DNA of 64,000 nucleotides from Pristiophorus japonicus (lineage: Eukaryota): assembly GCF_044704955.1 (NCBI RefSeq), contig NC_091980.1, positions 287,060,001 through 287,124,000 on the forward strand, written 5' to 3'. Shown here piece after piece: positions 37,450-49,109 of this stretch. Made by a program: the position numbers and the translations under genes. How positions within the stretch are numbered: position 1 is the stretch's first letter; every line of letters begins with the position of its first letter. The notes beneath the pieces were generated by a model. The model saw only the letters and a program-made list of their open reading frames with translations, was not told where the DNA came from and ran no database searches.

Positions 37450-37662
37450 TGTTATGTTCAGAATAACTCCACAAAATGGTATACTGTAAGCTCAAACTGA
37501 TGTGACCTTAGTCTCTTTAATAAAACTCCAGAGTGCCAAAGCAGCATGGCAGACAACCTTCTATACTCGCTTACACGAGGTATGCAGGGGACCCTTGGGT
37601 CACCAACAGGTACGCCCTCTGGTGGCAAGTTTAACACTACTATAAAGTTTACATACATAACA
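37450..37662 (-). mobile_element. Solo LTR (probably Gypsy)
   Basis: TGTTATGT...ACATAACA termini; 5-bp TSD AACAC/GACAC; TATA-like and ATTAAA signals on the minus strand. Confidence 0.8.
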
Positions 37663-38339
37663 GACACTGTCGTCCTCAAACCTGGCCACAAATGTGTTTG
37701 CACCAGGAAACCTCAGCGAGTCAACACTCTGCAATGACACCTTCATATCAGCACATTTGGAACTAGGATATTCTATCTTGCAAGCCAGGATTATTTTTTC
37801 TCTCTCGCACTTTGTATGTCTGACTTGTACAGAAACTTGCCGTTCTTCTTGAAGATCCAAACATCTCTTGTTCCACCGCATAAATATTAAACTAGATGCT
37901 TGCTTAGCCTGCTCCCAATAGGTCGCCAGGGCACAAGTGCAGGCACCTTCCGAGCATTAATGAGATCTCTTTGAAGCTGTAAAAAGCCTGCATTGATCGG
38001 TCTGCTCTTGGATGTGATACTTTAGCTTGCACGCTGAATGCTGGAGTGCTTGAGATCCATATCACAAACAGTCTTTTATCCGACCCCTTCATTTTACTTG
38101 CTTGGCCATCCATCCAATCTTTACACATTTGGTCTCAAAGGTCACAAGCTGATTGTCTTTGTTACTATGACAACAAATGTGCTGATCAAAAGTATCGGAA
38201 CTGGGCTGACTTTTTGCATTTCAAATATTGCATGTGATTTTCTAGAATTTGCTTTATGATGAGCAAATATTTCAAGACATAATTATGATTACCACTACTT
38301 CAGTAAACATTTCAAATTGACTTAAACAAGTCTAAATCT

Positions 38340-41120
38340 TTTTTTAATTCATTTTTGAGATGTGGCTGTTGCTGGCAAGGCCAGCATTTATTGCCCATCC
38401 CTAATTGCCCTTGAGAAGGTGGTGGTGAGCCGCTTTTTGAACCGTTGCAGTCCGTATGGTGAAGTTCTGTTAGGGAGGGAGTTTCAGGATTCTGACCCAG
38501 TGATGATGAAGGAACGGTGATATATTTCCAAGTCAGGATGTTGAATAACGTGGTGGGGAACTTGCAGGTGATGGTGCTCCCATGCGTCTGCTGCCCTTGT
38601 CTTTCTAGGTGGTAGAGGTCGCGGGTTTGGGAGGTGCTGCTGAAGAAACCGTGGAGTGTTGTTGCAGTGTATCTTGTAGATGGTACACACTGCAGCCAAG
38701 GTACGCCGGTGGTGGAGGGAGTGAATGTTTAAGGTGGTGGATGGGATGCCAATCAAGCGGAATGCTTTGCCCTGGACGGTATTGAGCTTCTTGAGTGTTG
38801 TTGGAGCTGCACTCATCCAGGCAACTGGAGAGTATTTCATCACACTCCTGACTTGTGCCTTATAGATGGTGGAAAGGCTTTGGGGAGTCAGGAGGTGAGA
38901 TACTCATCACAGCATACCCAGCCTCACACCTGCTCTTGATGCCACAGTATTTACATGACTGGTCCAGTTAAGGTTCTGGTCAATGGTGATTCCCAGGATG
39001 TTGATGGTGGGAGCTTTGGCGATGTCCATCAGCGAACATCCCCACTTCTGACCTTATGATGGAGAGAAGGTCATTGATGAAGCAGTTGAAGATGGTTGGG
39101 CCTAGGACACTGCCCTGGGGAATGCAGTGATGTCCTGGGTTGGGATGATAGACCGCCAACAATCACAACCATCTTCCATTGTGCCAGGTATAACTCCAGC
39201 CAGTGGAAAGCTTTCCCCCTGATTCCCATTGACTTCAATTTTACTACAGCTCCTTGCTTCCACACTGGTTCAAATGCTGCGTTGATATCAAGTCACCTCA
39301 CCTCTGGAATTCAGCTCTTTTGTTCAAGTTTGGACCAAGGCTGTAATGAGGTCTGGAGCCAAGTGGTCCTGGCAGAACACAAACTGAGCATCGGTAAGCA
39401 GGTTATTGGTGAGTAAATGCCGCTTGATAGCACAGTCGACGACACCTTCCATCACTTTGTTGATGATTGAGAGTAGACTGATGGGATGGTAATTGGCTGG
39501 ATTGGATTTGTCCTGCTTTTTGTGGATAGGACATACCTGGGCAGTTTTCCACATTATAGGTAGATGCCAGTGTTGTCGCTGTACTGGATCAGCTTGGCTA
39601 GAGGCGCGGTTAGTTCTGGAGCACAAGTCTTCAGTACAACATTCGGGATGTTGACAGGGCCCATAGTCTTTTCTGTATCCAGTGCGCTCAGCCATTGATA
39701 TCATGTGGAGTGAATTGAATTGGCTGAAGACTGGCTTCTCTGATGGTGGGGATCTCAGGAGGATGCCGATATGGATCATCCATTCGGCACTTCTGGCTGA
39801 AGATGGTTGTAAACACTTCAGCCTTGTCTTTTGCACTTGCGAGCTTGCCTCTGCCATTATTGAGGATGTTCATGGAGACTCCTCCTCCCGTTAGTTGTTT
39901 AATTGTCCACCACCATTCATGGCTAGATGTAGCAGAATTGCAAACCTTTGATCTGATCCATTGATTGTGGGATTGCTTAGCTCTGTTTATAGCATGCTGC
40001 TGCCACTGCTTAACATGCATGTAATCCCGTGTTGCAGCTTCCCCAGGTTGGTACCTCAATTTTAGGTATGCCTGGTGCTGCTCCTGGCATGAACCTCTGC
40101 AGGACTCATTGAAACAAATGTGCTGATCAAAAGTATCGGAACTGGGCTGACTTTTTACATTTCAAATATTGCATGTGGTTTTCTAGAATTTGCTTTATGA
40201 TGAGCAAATATTTCAAGACATAATATTAAAGCGCATATCTATGATTACCGCTGCTTCAGTAAACATTTCAAATTGACTTAAACAAGTCTATCTCGATGGT
40301 AATGGTAGAGTAAGGGATATGCCAGGCCATGAGGTTACAGATTGTGATGGAATACAATTCTGCTGCTGCCCCACAGCACCTCATGAATGCGTAGTTTTGA
40401 GCTGCTAGATCTGTTCTGAATCTATCCCATTTAGCACAGTGGTAGTGCCACACCACATGATGGAGGGTGCCCTCAATGTGAAGACGGGACTTTGTCTCCA
40501 CAATGACTGTGCGGTGGTCACTGCTACCAATGCTGTCATGGACAGATGTATCTGTGACAGGTAGATTGGTGAGGACGAGGTCAAGTATGTTTTTCCCTCG
40601 TGTTGGTTCTCTCACCACCTGCTGCAGGCCCAGTCTGGCAGCTCGGTCAGTAGTGCTGCAGAGCCATTCTTGGTGATGGACATTGAAGTCTCCCACCCAG
40701 AGTACATTTTCTGTGTCTTTGTTATTCTCAGTGCTTCTTCCAAGTGGTGTTCAACATGGAGGAGTACTGATTCAGCAGCTGAGGGAGGGCGGTAGGTGGT
40801 AATCAACAGGAGGTTTCCTTGCCCTTACTTGACCTGAAGCCTTCATGGGGTCAGGAGTCAATGTTGAGGGCCACTCCCTCCTAACTGTACACCACTGTGG
40901 GTGGGTCTGTCCTGCAGGTGGGACAGGACGTACCCAGGGATGGAGGATTCTGGGACATTGGCTGAAAGGTATGATTCTGTGTGTATGACTGTCAGGCTAT
41001 TGCTTGACTAGTCTGTGGGACAGTTCTCCCAATTTTGGCACAAGTTCCCAGATGTTAGGAGGAGGACAGGGTGTGTCCTTGTCATGTCCGAAGCCAGTGC
41101 TAAGTTTTCCGTCCGTCCGA
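38340..41120 (-). mobile_element. Second CR1-group LINE family (APE + RT), decayed; exact clade uncertain
   Basis: TTYRPPS, GDFNVHHQEWL, PTRGKNILDLVLTN, SDH; NYHPISLLSII, PQGSVLGPTIF, MFAD; 3' end GGGCAATAAATGCTGGCC. Confidence 0.85.
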
Positions 41121-41520
41121 TTTTATTCATTGGTTGTGGACAATGTTGGCAATGCCAGCATTTATTGCCCATCGTTAATTGCCCTCCAGGAGGTGGTGGT
41201 GGTGAGTCACATTTTACAACTGAGTGGCTTGCAAGTCATTTCAGAGGGCAGTTAAGTGTCAATCACATTGCTATGGGTCTGAAGTCACATATAGGCCACA
41301 AAGGAAGGCAGATGTCCTTCCCTAAAGGTCATTAGTGAACCAGATGGGTTTGAGTTCCATGGTCACCATTACTGACACTAGCTTTATATTCCAGATTTAT
41401 TTAATGAACTGAATTTAAATTCCACAGCTGCCATGGTGGGATTTGAACTCATGTCTCCAGATTATTAGTCCAGGCCTCTAAATTACAAGTCCTGTAATTT
41501 AACCACTATGCTACAGTTCC
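41121..41520 (-). mobile_element. tRNA-derived SINE sharing its 3' tail with the adjacent LINE family
   Basis: Head GTAGCATAGTGGTT..GAGTTCAAATCCCACC; tail CACCACCACC..GGGCAATAAATGCTGG like 38360-38430. Confidence 0.7.
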
Positions 41521-41961
41521 CAATCTGTCGTGAAGCCTTCACAATAGGTGTAAGTGAAGTTGATAAAACTGCTTTCTTTCTTTTTTATTCTCTTCTTCTC
41601 TCACTTTAAATCTTCCTGTCCCATGAATGACTGCAGCGTTTCATGTGTGAGAGCATGAGCAACTGACCTTCACCTAAATCCTTGGTAACCCCAGCCTGCA
41701 ACTGCTAAATTCTGGCCTCAGGGTGACTCACTGTCCGGTTTTCCTTTCCTTTACTGTTGAGAACTACTTGACCTCGGAGAATAAATTTTTTTTTAACATG
41801 GGCGCTCACCACGCTAACTGCCATATGACAGCAAGAAAAGAAAGATTTGCATTTATATTAGCACCTTTCACGACCACCGGATGTCCCAAAGCACTTTACA
41901 GCCAATGAAGTACTATTTGAAGTGTAGTAACGTAGGAAACAGTTATGCACAGCAAGGTTCC

Positions 41962-42266
41962 TAGAGGGCATAGTCTCAGAATAAGGGACCGCCCATATAA
42001 AACTGAGATGAGGAAGAATTTCTTCTCTCAGAGGGTTGTAAATCTCTGGAATTCTCTGCCCCAGAGAGCCTTGGAGGCTGGGTCATTGAATATATTTAAG
42101 GTGGAGATGGACAGATTTTTGAGTGATAAAGGAATAAGAGGTTATGGGGAGCTGGCATGGAAATGGAGCTGAGTCCATGATCGGATCAGCCATGATCTTA
42201 TTAAATGGCGGAGCAGGCTCAAGGGGCCAGGTGGCCTACTCCTGCTCCTATTTCTTATGTTCTTGT
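41962..42266 (+). mobile_element. CR1 3' end
   Basis: RGHSLRIRD..TEMRKNFFSQRVVNLWNSLP and tail. Confidence 0.9.
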
Positions 42267-43029
42267 GTTCATATATGGAGTATTGTGAACAGTTGTGGTG
42301 ACAGAGATAATGGGGACAAACAAGTGCAAGATGTAGCACAATGTAGATGAAGAAAGCTGGACCCATTTTTAGAGCAATGAGGAAAACCTACCAGTAGATA
42401 AGCTGAAGCAGTGGGCAATAGCAGACAATAGTGACCTCTTTCTGCGCCTCCAAGTCTCTTTCTCCACCTCCTCCTAAGCATACTGCATTACTGTCATACG
42501 GCATGGGTGCACATATGTGGCAAGCAGTGCCTTCCTCCTAACTACCGTCTTATTCTGTACTACCTCCTCTTCACCGGACATTGTACAGGTTTTAGCATTG
42601 TGCCACTTTATTGTTTGACCACAAATTCTGTTTCTTGCATCTAAATTTAGTGTGCTGGGGTTTTGCCAAGCATTATTGTTACCCAAACAACCTTGACAAA
42701 GGTTGAAATATACATTTAAAATATCAGGAGTCTTTATAAAGGCTACCAACATTTAAGTTGTCATAATCCCTTTAAATTCTATGACTTGTTTTGGAGGGCT
42801 ATTTTTCCCACTACGTTGACATCGGCCTTTGTGTCATTTGCAGTGTGGGCTGCCTTTGTTCTCTCCATTTCACATGGGGTACAATGGATTTCACATTGGG
42901 AATTCTCATGTATCTTTACTTTTTTAGAAGAAGAGGAGCGTTAAAGGATTGCCAGGCTGGTCAGGTAACACTGAAGGCCCTTGGCACCCTCTTGCTGATA
43001 TCCCAACAGCAGAATATATAAGCACAGCC

Positions 43030-43255
43030 ACACATAACTGCATTAGTCAGGAGCAGTATCTGTGGAGGCTCTGCTTTGCAAAGGAGGCTATCACTGTGTT
43101 ATGTCGCATGCTGCCACAGAACCGAAATTTCTCCTCCAACGCAGACACTGCATTTTTGGTGGTTGTTTAGGGAATAGCTGCTTTTAACGTATATGCTACG
43201 AGGCCATTCCAGGCTGCTATTGTAGACATCACTAACAGTAGCCAGTCAAATGCAT
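43030..43255 (+). pseudogene. Ancient Harbinger transposase remnant (N-terminal part)
   Basis: YLWRLCFAKEAITVLCRML..AAFNVYATRPFQAAIVDI..SQ aligns to CLRRLRFHKEVITEVCQL..AALSFYASGSFQATAGDI..SQ of the 46 kb copy. Confidence 0.6.
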
Positions 43256-43304
43256 TAAGCAATTTAGCATGCATTGTTAGAGCAAATAGTTTCACTTTTT
43301 AACT

Positions 43305-44433
43305 TTTTATTGGGGGTAGTGTGCTGACGTGGATTGAGAACTGGTTGGCAGACAGGAAACAAAGAGTAGGAGTAAATGGGTACTTTTCAGAATGGCAGGC
43401 AGTGACTAGTGGGGTACCGCAAGGTTCTGTGCTGGGGCCCCAGCTGTTTACATTGTACATTAATGATTTAGACGAGGGGATTAAATGTAGTATCTCCAAA
43501 TTTGCGGATGACACTAAGTTGGGTGGCAGTGTGAGCTGCGAGGAGGATGCTATGAGGCTGCAGAGTGATTTGGATAGGTTAGGTGAGTGGGCAAATGCAT
43601 GGCAGATGAAGTATAATGTGGATAAATGTGAGGTTATCCACTTTGGTGGTAAAAACAGAGAGACAGACTATTATCTGAATGGTGACAGATTAGGAAAAGG
43701 GGAGGTGCAACGAGACCTGGGTGTCATGGTACATCAGTCATTGAAGGTTGGCATGCAGGTACAGCAGGTGGTTAAGAAAGCAAATGGCATGTTGGCCTTC
43801 ATAGCAAGGGGATTTGAGTACAGGGGCAGGGAGGTGTTACTACAGTTGTACAGGGCCTTGGTGAGGCCACACCTGGAGTATTGTGTACAGTTTTGGTCTC
43901 GTAAGTTGAGGAAGGACATTCTTGCTATTGAGGGAGTGCAGCGAAGGTTCACCAGACTGATTCCCGGGATGGTGGGACTGACATATCAAGAAAGACTGGA
44001 TCAACTGGGCTTGTATTCACTGGAGTTCAGAAGAATGAGAGGGGATCTCATCGAAACATTTAAAATTCTGATGGGTTTAGACAGGTTAGATGCAGGAAGA
44101 ATATTCCCAATGTTGGGGAAGTCCAGAACCAGGGGTCACAGCCTAAGGATAAGGGTTAAGCCATTTAGGACCGAGATGAGGAGAAACTTCTTCATCCAGA
44201 GAGTGGTGAACCTGTGGAATTCTCTACCACAGAAAGTTGTTGAGGCCAATTCACTAAATATATTCAAAAAGGAGTTAGATGTGGTCCTTACTACTAGGTG
44301 GATCAAGGGGTATGGTGAGAAAGCAGGAATGGGGTACTGAAGTTGCATGTTCAGCCATGAACTCATTGAATGGCGGTGCAGGCTTGAAGGGCTGAATGGC
44401 CTACTCCTGCACCTATTTTCTATGTTTCTATGT
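43305..44433 (+). mobile_element. CR1 LINE, 5'-truncated, uninterrupted 339-aa frame
   Basis: SGVPQGSVLGP and KFADDT through to the natural stop; TTCTATGT tail. Confidence 0.95.
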
Positions 44434-44895
44434 TTTCCACAAACAGCAATGTAATAAGGACCAAACAATCTTTTTTTAGTGTTGTTGATTGAGCAATAAA
44501 TATTGGGAAGGAGACCGGGGATAATTCCCCTGCTTTTCTTCGAAATACTGAAATGGGATCTTTTACATCCACCTGAGAGAGCAAACAGGGTCTCGGTTTA
44601 ACGTCTCACTCTGACAATGCACCACTACTGCACTATATCCGTACGGCACTGGAGTGGAGCATCAGTGTAGATTTTTACACTCAAGACCCTGGAGTGAGTC
44701 TTGAACCCACAGCCTTCTGACATAGGGATGAGGTGCTACCAACTGAGCCACAGCTGTCACATTATAGTCTTACAGTCACTACAGAAACTATAGTCTTAAA
44801 CCTTAAAAATGACAACATACTCATTTACATCCCGATTTATAATATTGTGCATTGCGTGGCGAGTCCCTAAAATATACTTCGATTTTAAGCAGCAT

Positions 44896-45051
44896 TGGGT
44901 AGATCTTGTGCGATAGTGTTTAATGGATGCTAGCGAGTTGGCAACCCATTTTACACCTCTCAAAATTTTTATTTCAATTGGGGAAGTGTAAAATGGCCTC
45001 CCACTCACTATTACCCAGTTCACACTATCGTACAAAGTCAAGATCTACCTC
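44896..45051. mobile_element. Palindromic (foldback) MITE
   Basis: GGTAGATCTTG..CGATAGTGT..CCATTTTACAC / GTGTAAAATGG..ACACTATCG..CAAGATCTACC. Confidence 0.65.
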
Positions 45052-46197
45052 AGTACCTCTTTACTCTAGTTGTGTTTTGTAAGCGTATAACTTTAATTAT
45101 CTTAAAGACATTGGGGGGGGGGGAAATTCGGCGCGCCTCATTTGGGGCGGTAACCCAGGCAGAGCGGTAATTTCATCGCCTTGAAAATGTTTGCGGCCAG
45201 AAATTCAGAAATTCATCAGAATGGTTCGAAGAGCTGACAGGGATGCTAAATCAGCCATTGCACACCAGAGCTGGGGGGGGGGGAGGGGTGCGCTCACGAA
45301 AATGCCGGCGTTATATTTAACCGAGTCATTCCGCATGCGCCGAACTCCGATTCAGATCCCGAGAAAAGCCGTGTCTTAAAAGCACGGCATAGTAACGCAC
45401 CCATTAAAGTTTTCAAAGTCACTTTTTCTCAACCTGTACCGTTAGGTTTGTCTGCCGCTGCAAACTCGGAGGCTCATGCACCGTGCTCTGTGTAAACATT
45501 GCACTGACTGTGACCCCCGAGGGAAGCGCTTCCTCATCCCATTAAGTAGCCACCAGTTAATGGGCTAGAACCTTCACTTTTTTGTCTGCTTAACACTCAC
45601 TTAATGCCCATTTTATCGCTGAAATGACGCCCATATATCGCCCATTTTTCGGAAACTTATCGTCGAGCGTTACTTTCCCCATGTGCTTAAGGCCGGAAAA
45701 AAAATTACCGCTCGCCCCCTTTTTTGGGTCAGAATCAGGATGGGTGACTTCAACGCGCATAATATCGGCCAGTGTTACTTTCCGCACGGAATTAACGCCG
45801 AGATTGAATATTAATACCCGCCGACGGTTTTTTGTCACAAAGAGCATATTTACCCAAACTTGCAGCCATGGAGATCGCCCCTCGTCAATTTCACCACCTC
45901 GCACACATTTCCCCCCCCCAGATCACTCGCTCAAAAAACCGCCCACAAAAAATGGAACTAACCAGAACGAATCACAGCGTTATGGACGCCATGTTGTAGA
46001 TCACATGTTGCGTCCTTTAAAAGGCTGCTGTGCTTCAACCTTGGCGGAGTTCGGATGTACTCTGCAGGTCGTTGGAGTTGATGCGAACATCTGTAAAAAA
46101 ATCTTGACCACACTATGACTGATTGGAATTGAAGAGGTGTCTTCGTCGGGACATTCCTTGTTTGTATGCAATCGGTGGAAAACAGAGAACTGCTGAG

Positions 46198-47402
46198 ATG
46201 GAGCCTGCCCTTTTTCACCCTCTCTTGGTGACCAAATACATGCAGCAGACATCGCCAAAGGAACGCTGCACTGCATTATGTGCCCAATGAACAAAGTGAC
46301 AGACAGAGAGGAGGACCAAACATTACACCCCCCCGCAAGTACAAGGAGAAGCATTCTTACCTCGACTTGCCCGACACTACCTGCCTTCGGAGACTGCGCT
46401 TCCACAAAGAGGTTATCACTGAGGTATGTCAGCTGATAAGGGCAGACCTGCAGCCTGCCCGCACCATCAGAACTGTACTGTCCGTCGAGGTCAAAGTCAC
46501 CGCGGCACTGTCGTTCTACGCCTCAGGTTCTTTTCAGGCCACAGCTGGCGACATTTGTGGACTTTCTCAGCATGCCACACATCGCTGCATTAGACAGGTC
46601 ACTGAAGCCCTGTACGCACACAGGAGGGACTTGATTAGCTTCCCTATGACCAGGGAGGCACAGAGTGAGAGGGCTCTAGGTTTCTACAGAATTGCAAACT
46701 TCCCCAAGGTGCAGGGAGCAATAGACTGTATGCACATCATGATGCGGGCACCTTTTCAGGACGCTGAGGTTTTCAGGAACCGCAAGGGATTCCACTCCCT
46801 GAATGTCCAGCTGGTTGTTGACCACCAGCAAGTTATACTGGCTGTGAATGCTCAATTTCCGGGCAGTATCCATGATGCTCACATCCTGCGTGAGAGCACT
46901 GTATCTGACTTGTTAAACAATCAGCCACAAGGTCAATGCTGGATGCTTGGGGACAAAGGATATGGCCATGCCACCTGGCTGATGACCCCTCTGCGTGACA
47001 CCCACACTGAGGCCGAGCAGTGATACAACGAGAGCCACAGAGCAACTCACAATATCATTGAGAAAACCATTGGAGTGCTGAAGCAGCGCTTCAGATGGCT
47101 GGACCACTCAGGATGCGAGCTCCAATACCACCCTGAGCAGGTAGCTCAATTTGTTGTGGTCTGCTCCATGCTACACAACTTTGCTATCAGGAGGGGACAA
47201 GAATTGCCTGATGAGTCTGACAGTCCAGCACCAGAGAGAGGAAGAGGAGGACAAGGAGGCGGACGCTGACATCGGCCCAGACAATCAGGCTGATTCTGAA
47301 GCCATGCCCCCGCCCCCCTGTAAACCGCATGAAAGGGCCCATGATGGCATGATAACTGCAAGAGCCTTACGTCAGGAGCTCATCAATGATCGCTTTGCCT
47401 GA
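46198..47402 (+). pseudogene. Harbinger (HARBI1-like) transposase
   Basis: FPKVQGAIDCMH, NRKGFHSLNVQ, FPGSIHDA, LGDKGY, IEKTIGVLKQRF, CSMLHN; TGA at 47021-47023 and frameshifts near both ends. Confidence 0.92.
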
Positions 47403-47634
47403 AAGAACGTTGGTGTTATTTACAAGACTGACACACTGCTGGGTGTGCAGTTCATTCATCAATGGTGGGAATCACCTTGGTGACAGTTAAAGTTTAAGTT
47501 GATTGAAGTTAAGTATGATTATACCCTTTGATGTTAAGCAATCACCAGTGTGTAATGGTGCAGCTATCTGAGCCAATGTGCTGCAAGGTTTTGTTAAATA
47601 AAAAACATTTAAACAGAACATTAGTCTGAAATCA

Positions 47635-48006
47635 TCAGTATTTCTGTAAAAACCAACATTTCTGCCCCCACCACCGCCCCCGCCACTGCTTCTCCTCCCC
47701 AACTCTACCCCTTACCCTCCTGACTCCAAGCCGCCTGGCCAAGGAGATCCTCAGGCGATGCTTCATTGGGGAGGCTGTGGGGGTGGGTGATGGCCGAAGC
47801 GCTGCTTGGATGGATACGGGAGAGGATGGTCCCAAGGTGGGAACGTGTTCCGAGCCATAAGCAAGATGTTGCTGCTGGTTCTCATGTGTGGTTGGCAATG
47901 GGGGTGCGTCACCTTGGGGTGCAGTGTGATGCTCCGGGACCACTGGGAGCCCTCTGCCACCAGTGTTCCTGGCTACCAGCTCCAGGGCCTCCTCCATCCC
48001 TTCCAT
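47635..48006 (-). pseudogene. Probable C-terminal remnant of the Harbinger ORF1
   Basis: Convergent to the transposase, Pro/Arg/Gly-rich, no Myb domain; the ATG appears fused directly to the C-terminal part. Confidence 0.45.
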
Positions 48007-49109
48007 GTTATATCTTAATTGTTGGACAAAAACTCGGTACCAACTATGTTTTTGGTGCTTAGTGGGCTTTTTGCTGCTGGTGAATATCCGTCATTCCTTC
48101 CACAACAGCCAAACAAGCACAAACCACAGCCCCACACGCTTTCAGTCCCTCTGAGCTCCCTCTCTCTCTGTCTCCTCTTCTGCGCATGTCATGATGACCC
48201 TTGACCTCCAGAATCGCGGGAATGGAGCGTTGCCATGCCATTGCTAAGGACGGCCACACTTTACGGCAGAAGGTCAGAAAAATTTTACACTACCGCCCAT
48301 TTTATATCGCTCGCGGTAACGCCCATTTTCAAAAATGTAAACTAGGTGTTTTGAGAATGGCCGAGAAGCCAGCGATCTGAAAAACCTTTTTAACGCCCAC
48401 GCCAGAAATAACGGCCATTTTTGGACGCTAAGCTCAAAAGTGAAGGTTCTAGCCCAACTCTGCAAGGCTGTAATGACTGTTTTTCCAGACATTGTTCTTG
48501 GTGGCCGCTAAATGAGTTGGCTGCACCTAATTTACCGACCCGGGCGCCAGTGTGGGCGTTGCACCAGGAATATGTCATGATCGGAATGATCATCAGCAGC
48601 CAGGCGCTACTGGTTTACGCCCGCGGTGAGTCTCTAATGAATTTTCGGTTGGGGCACTAAACGCCACGCTCCTCATCGGTAACCTCTTACGCTCCCATTA
48701 ACGCCCCTTCTGACCACTAACGGAGGTGTTAGGCAACCGAAAATCCAGCCCAATTGTGTAGTGTATTAATATTTAACCTGCATCAAAATATATCTGTATA
48801 AAACTGACTTACCCTTCTGAGGGGGATGAGTTCCCACCTTATAAATGAGTGAATAGTGACTTTGAATCTGCATTAGAAACTCAGTTCCAAAGACTGTGAA
48901 AACCAAATCTTACTGTTCTAGAAGGTAAGTCAAATTGTAATATCCAGGCAACTCAGTCAAGCAGTGTACATCGGATAGTGTCTGAGCACAGGCTTGTGCC
49001 GGTGGTCACTTTCGCTGAGAGTTTCTGCCTCTGTAAGAGAAGTCAGTAGCAGCTGAGCTCATGAGATACACTGACTGTCGTGTTGGCTAAGCATTTTACT
49101 CTTCGCCAT

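Larger units (their letters stand above)
41833..44760 (-). mobile_element. DeuSINE split into 41833-41961 and 44435-44760
   Basis: The halves join at GCACAGCAAGGTTCC / TTCCACAAACAGC. Confidence 0.75.
45562..48455. mobile_element. PIF/Harbinger element with internally deleted Myb gene
   Basis: Perfect 20-bp TIR GGGCTAGAACCTTCACTTTT / AAAAGTGAAGGTTCTAGCCC; flanks AAT/AAC. Confidence 0.92.
45113..48751. mobile_element. Harbinger-type MITE hosting a Harbinger element
   Basis: Imperfect ends GGGGGGAAATTCGG / CCGAAAATCCAGCCC; inverted subterminal GAAATTCATCAGA / TCTAATGAATTTTC. Confidence 0.6.

Noticed and set aside
43321-44340. Functional standalone reverse transcriptase gene
   Set aside because: 5'-truncated CR1 lacking the N-terminal RT motifs and an ATG start; the open frame reflects recent insertion.
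46198-47402. Domesticated host gene HARBI1
   Set aside because: Bounded by TIRs, contains a premature stop and frameshifts, and several paralogous relics occur in the window.
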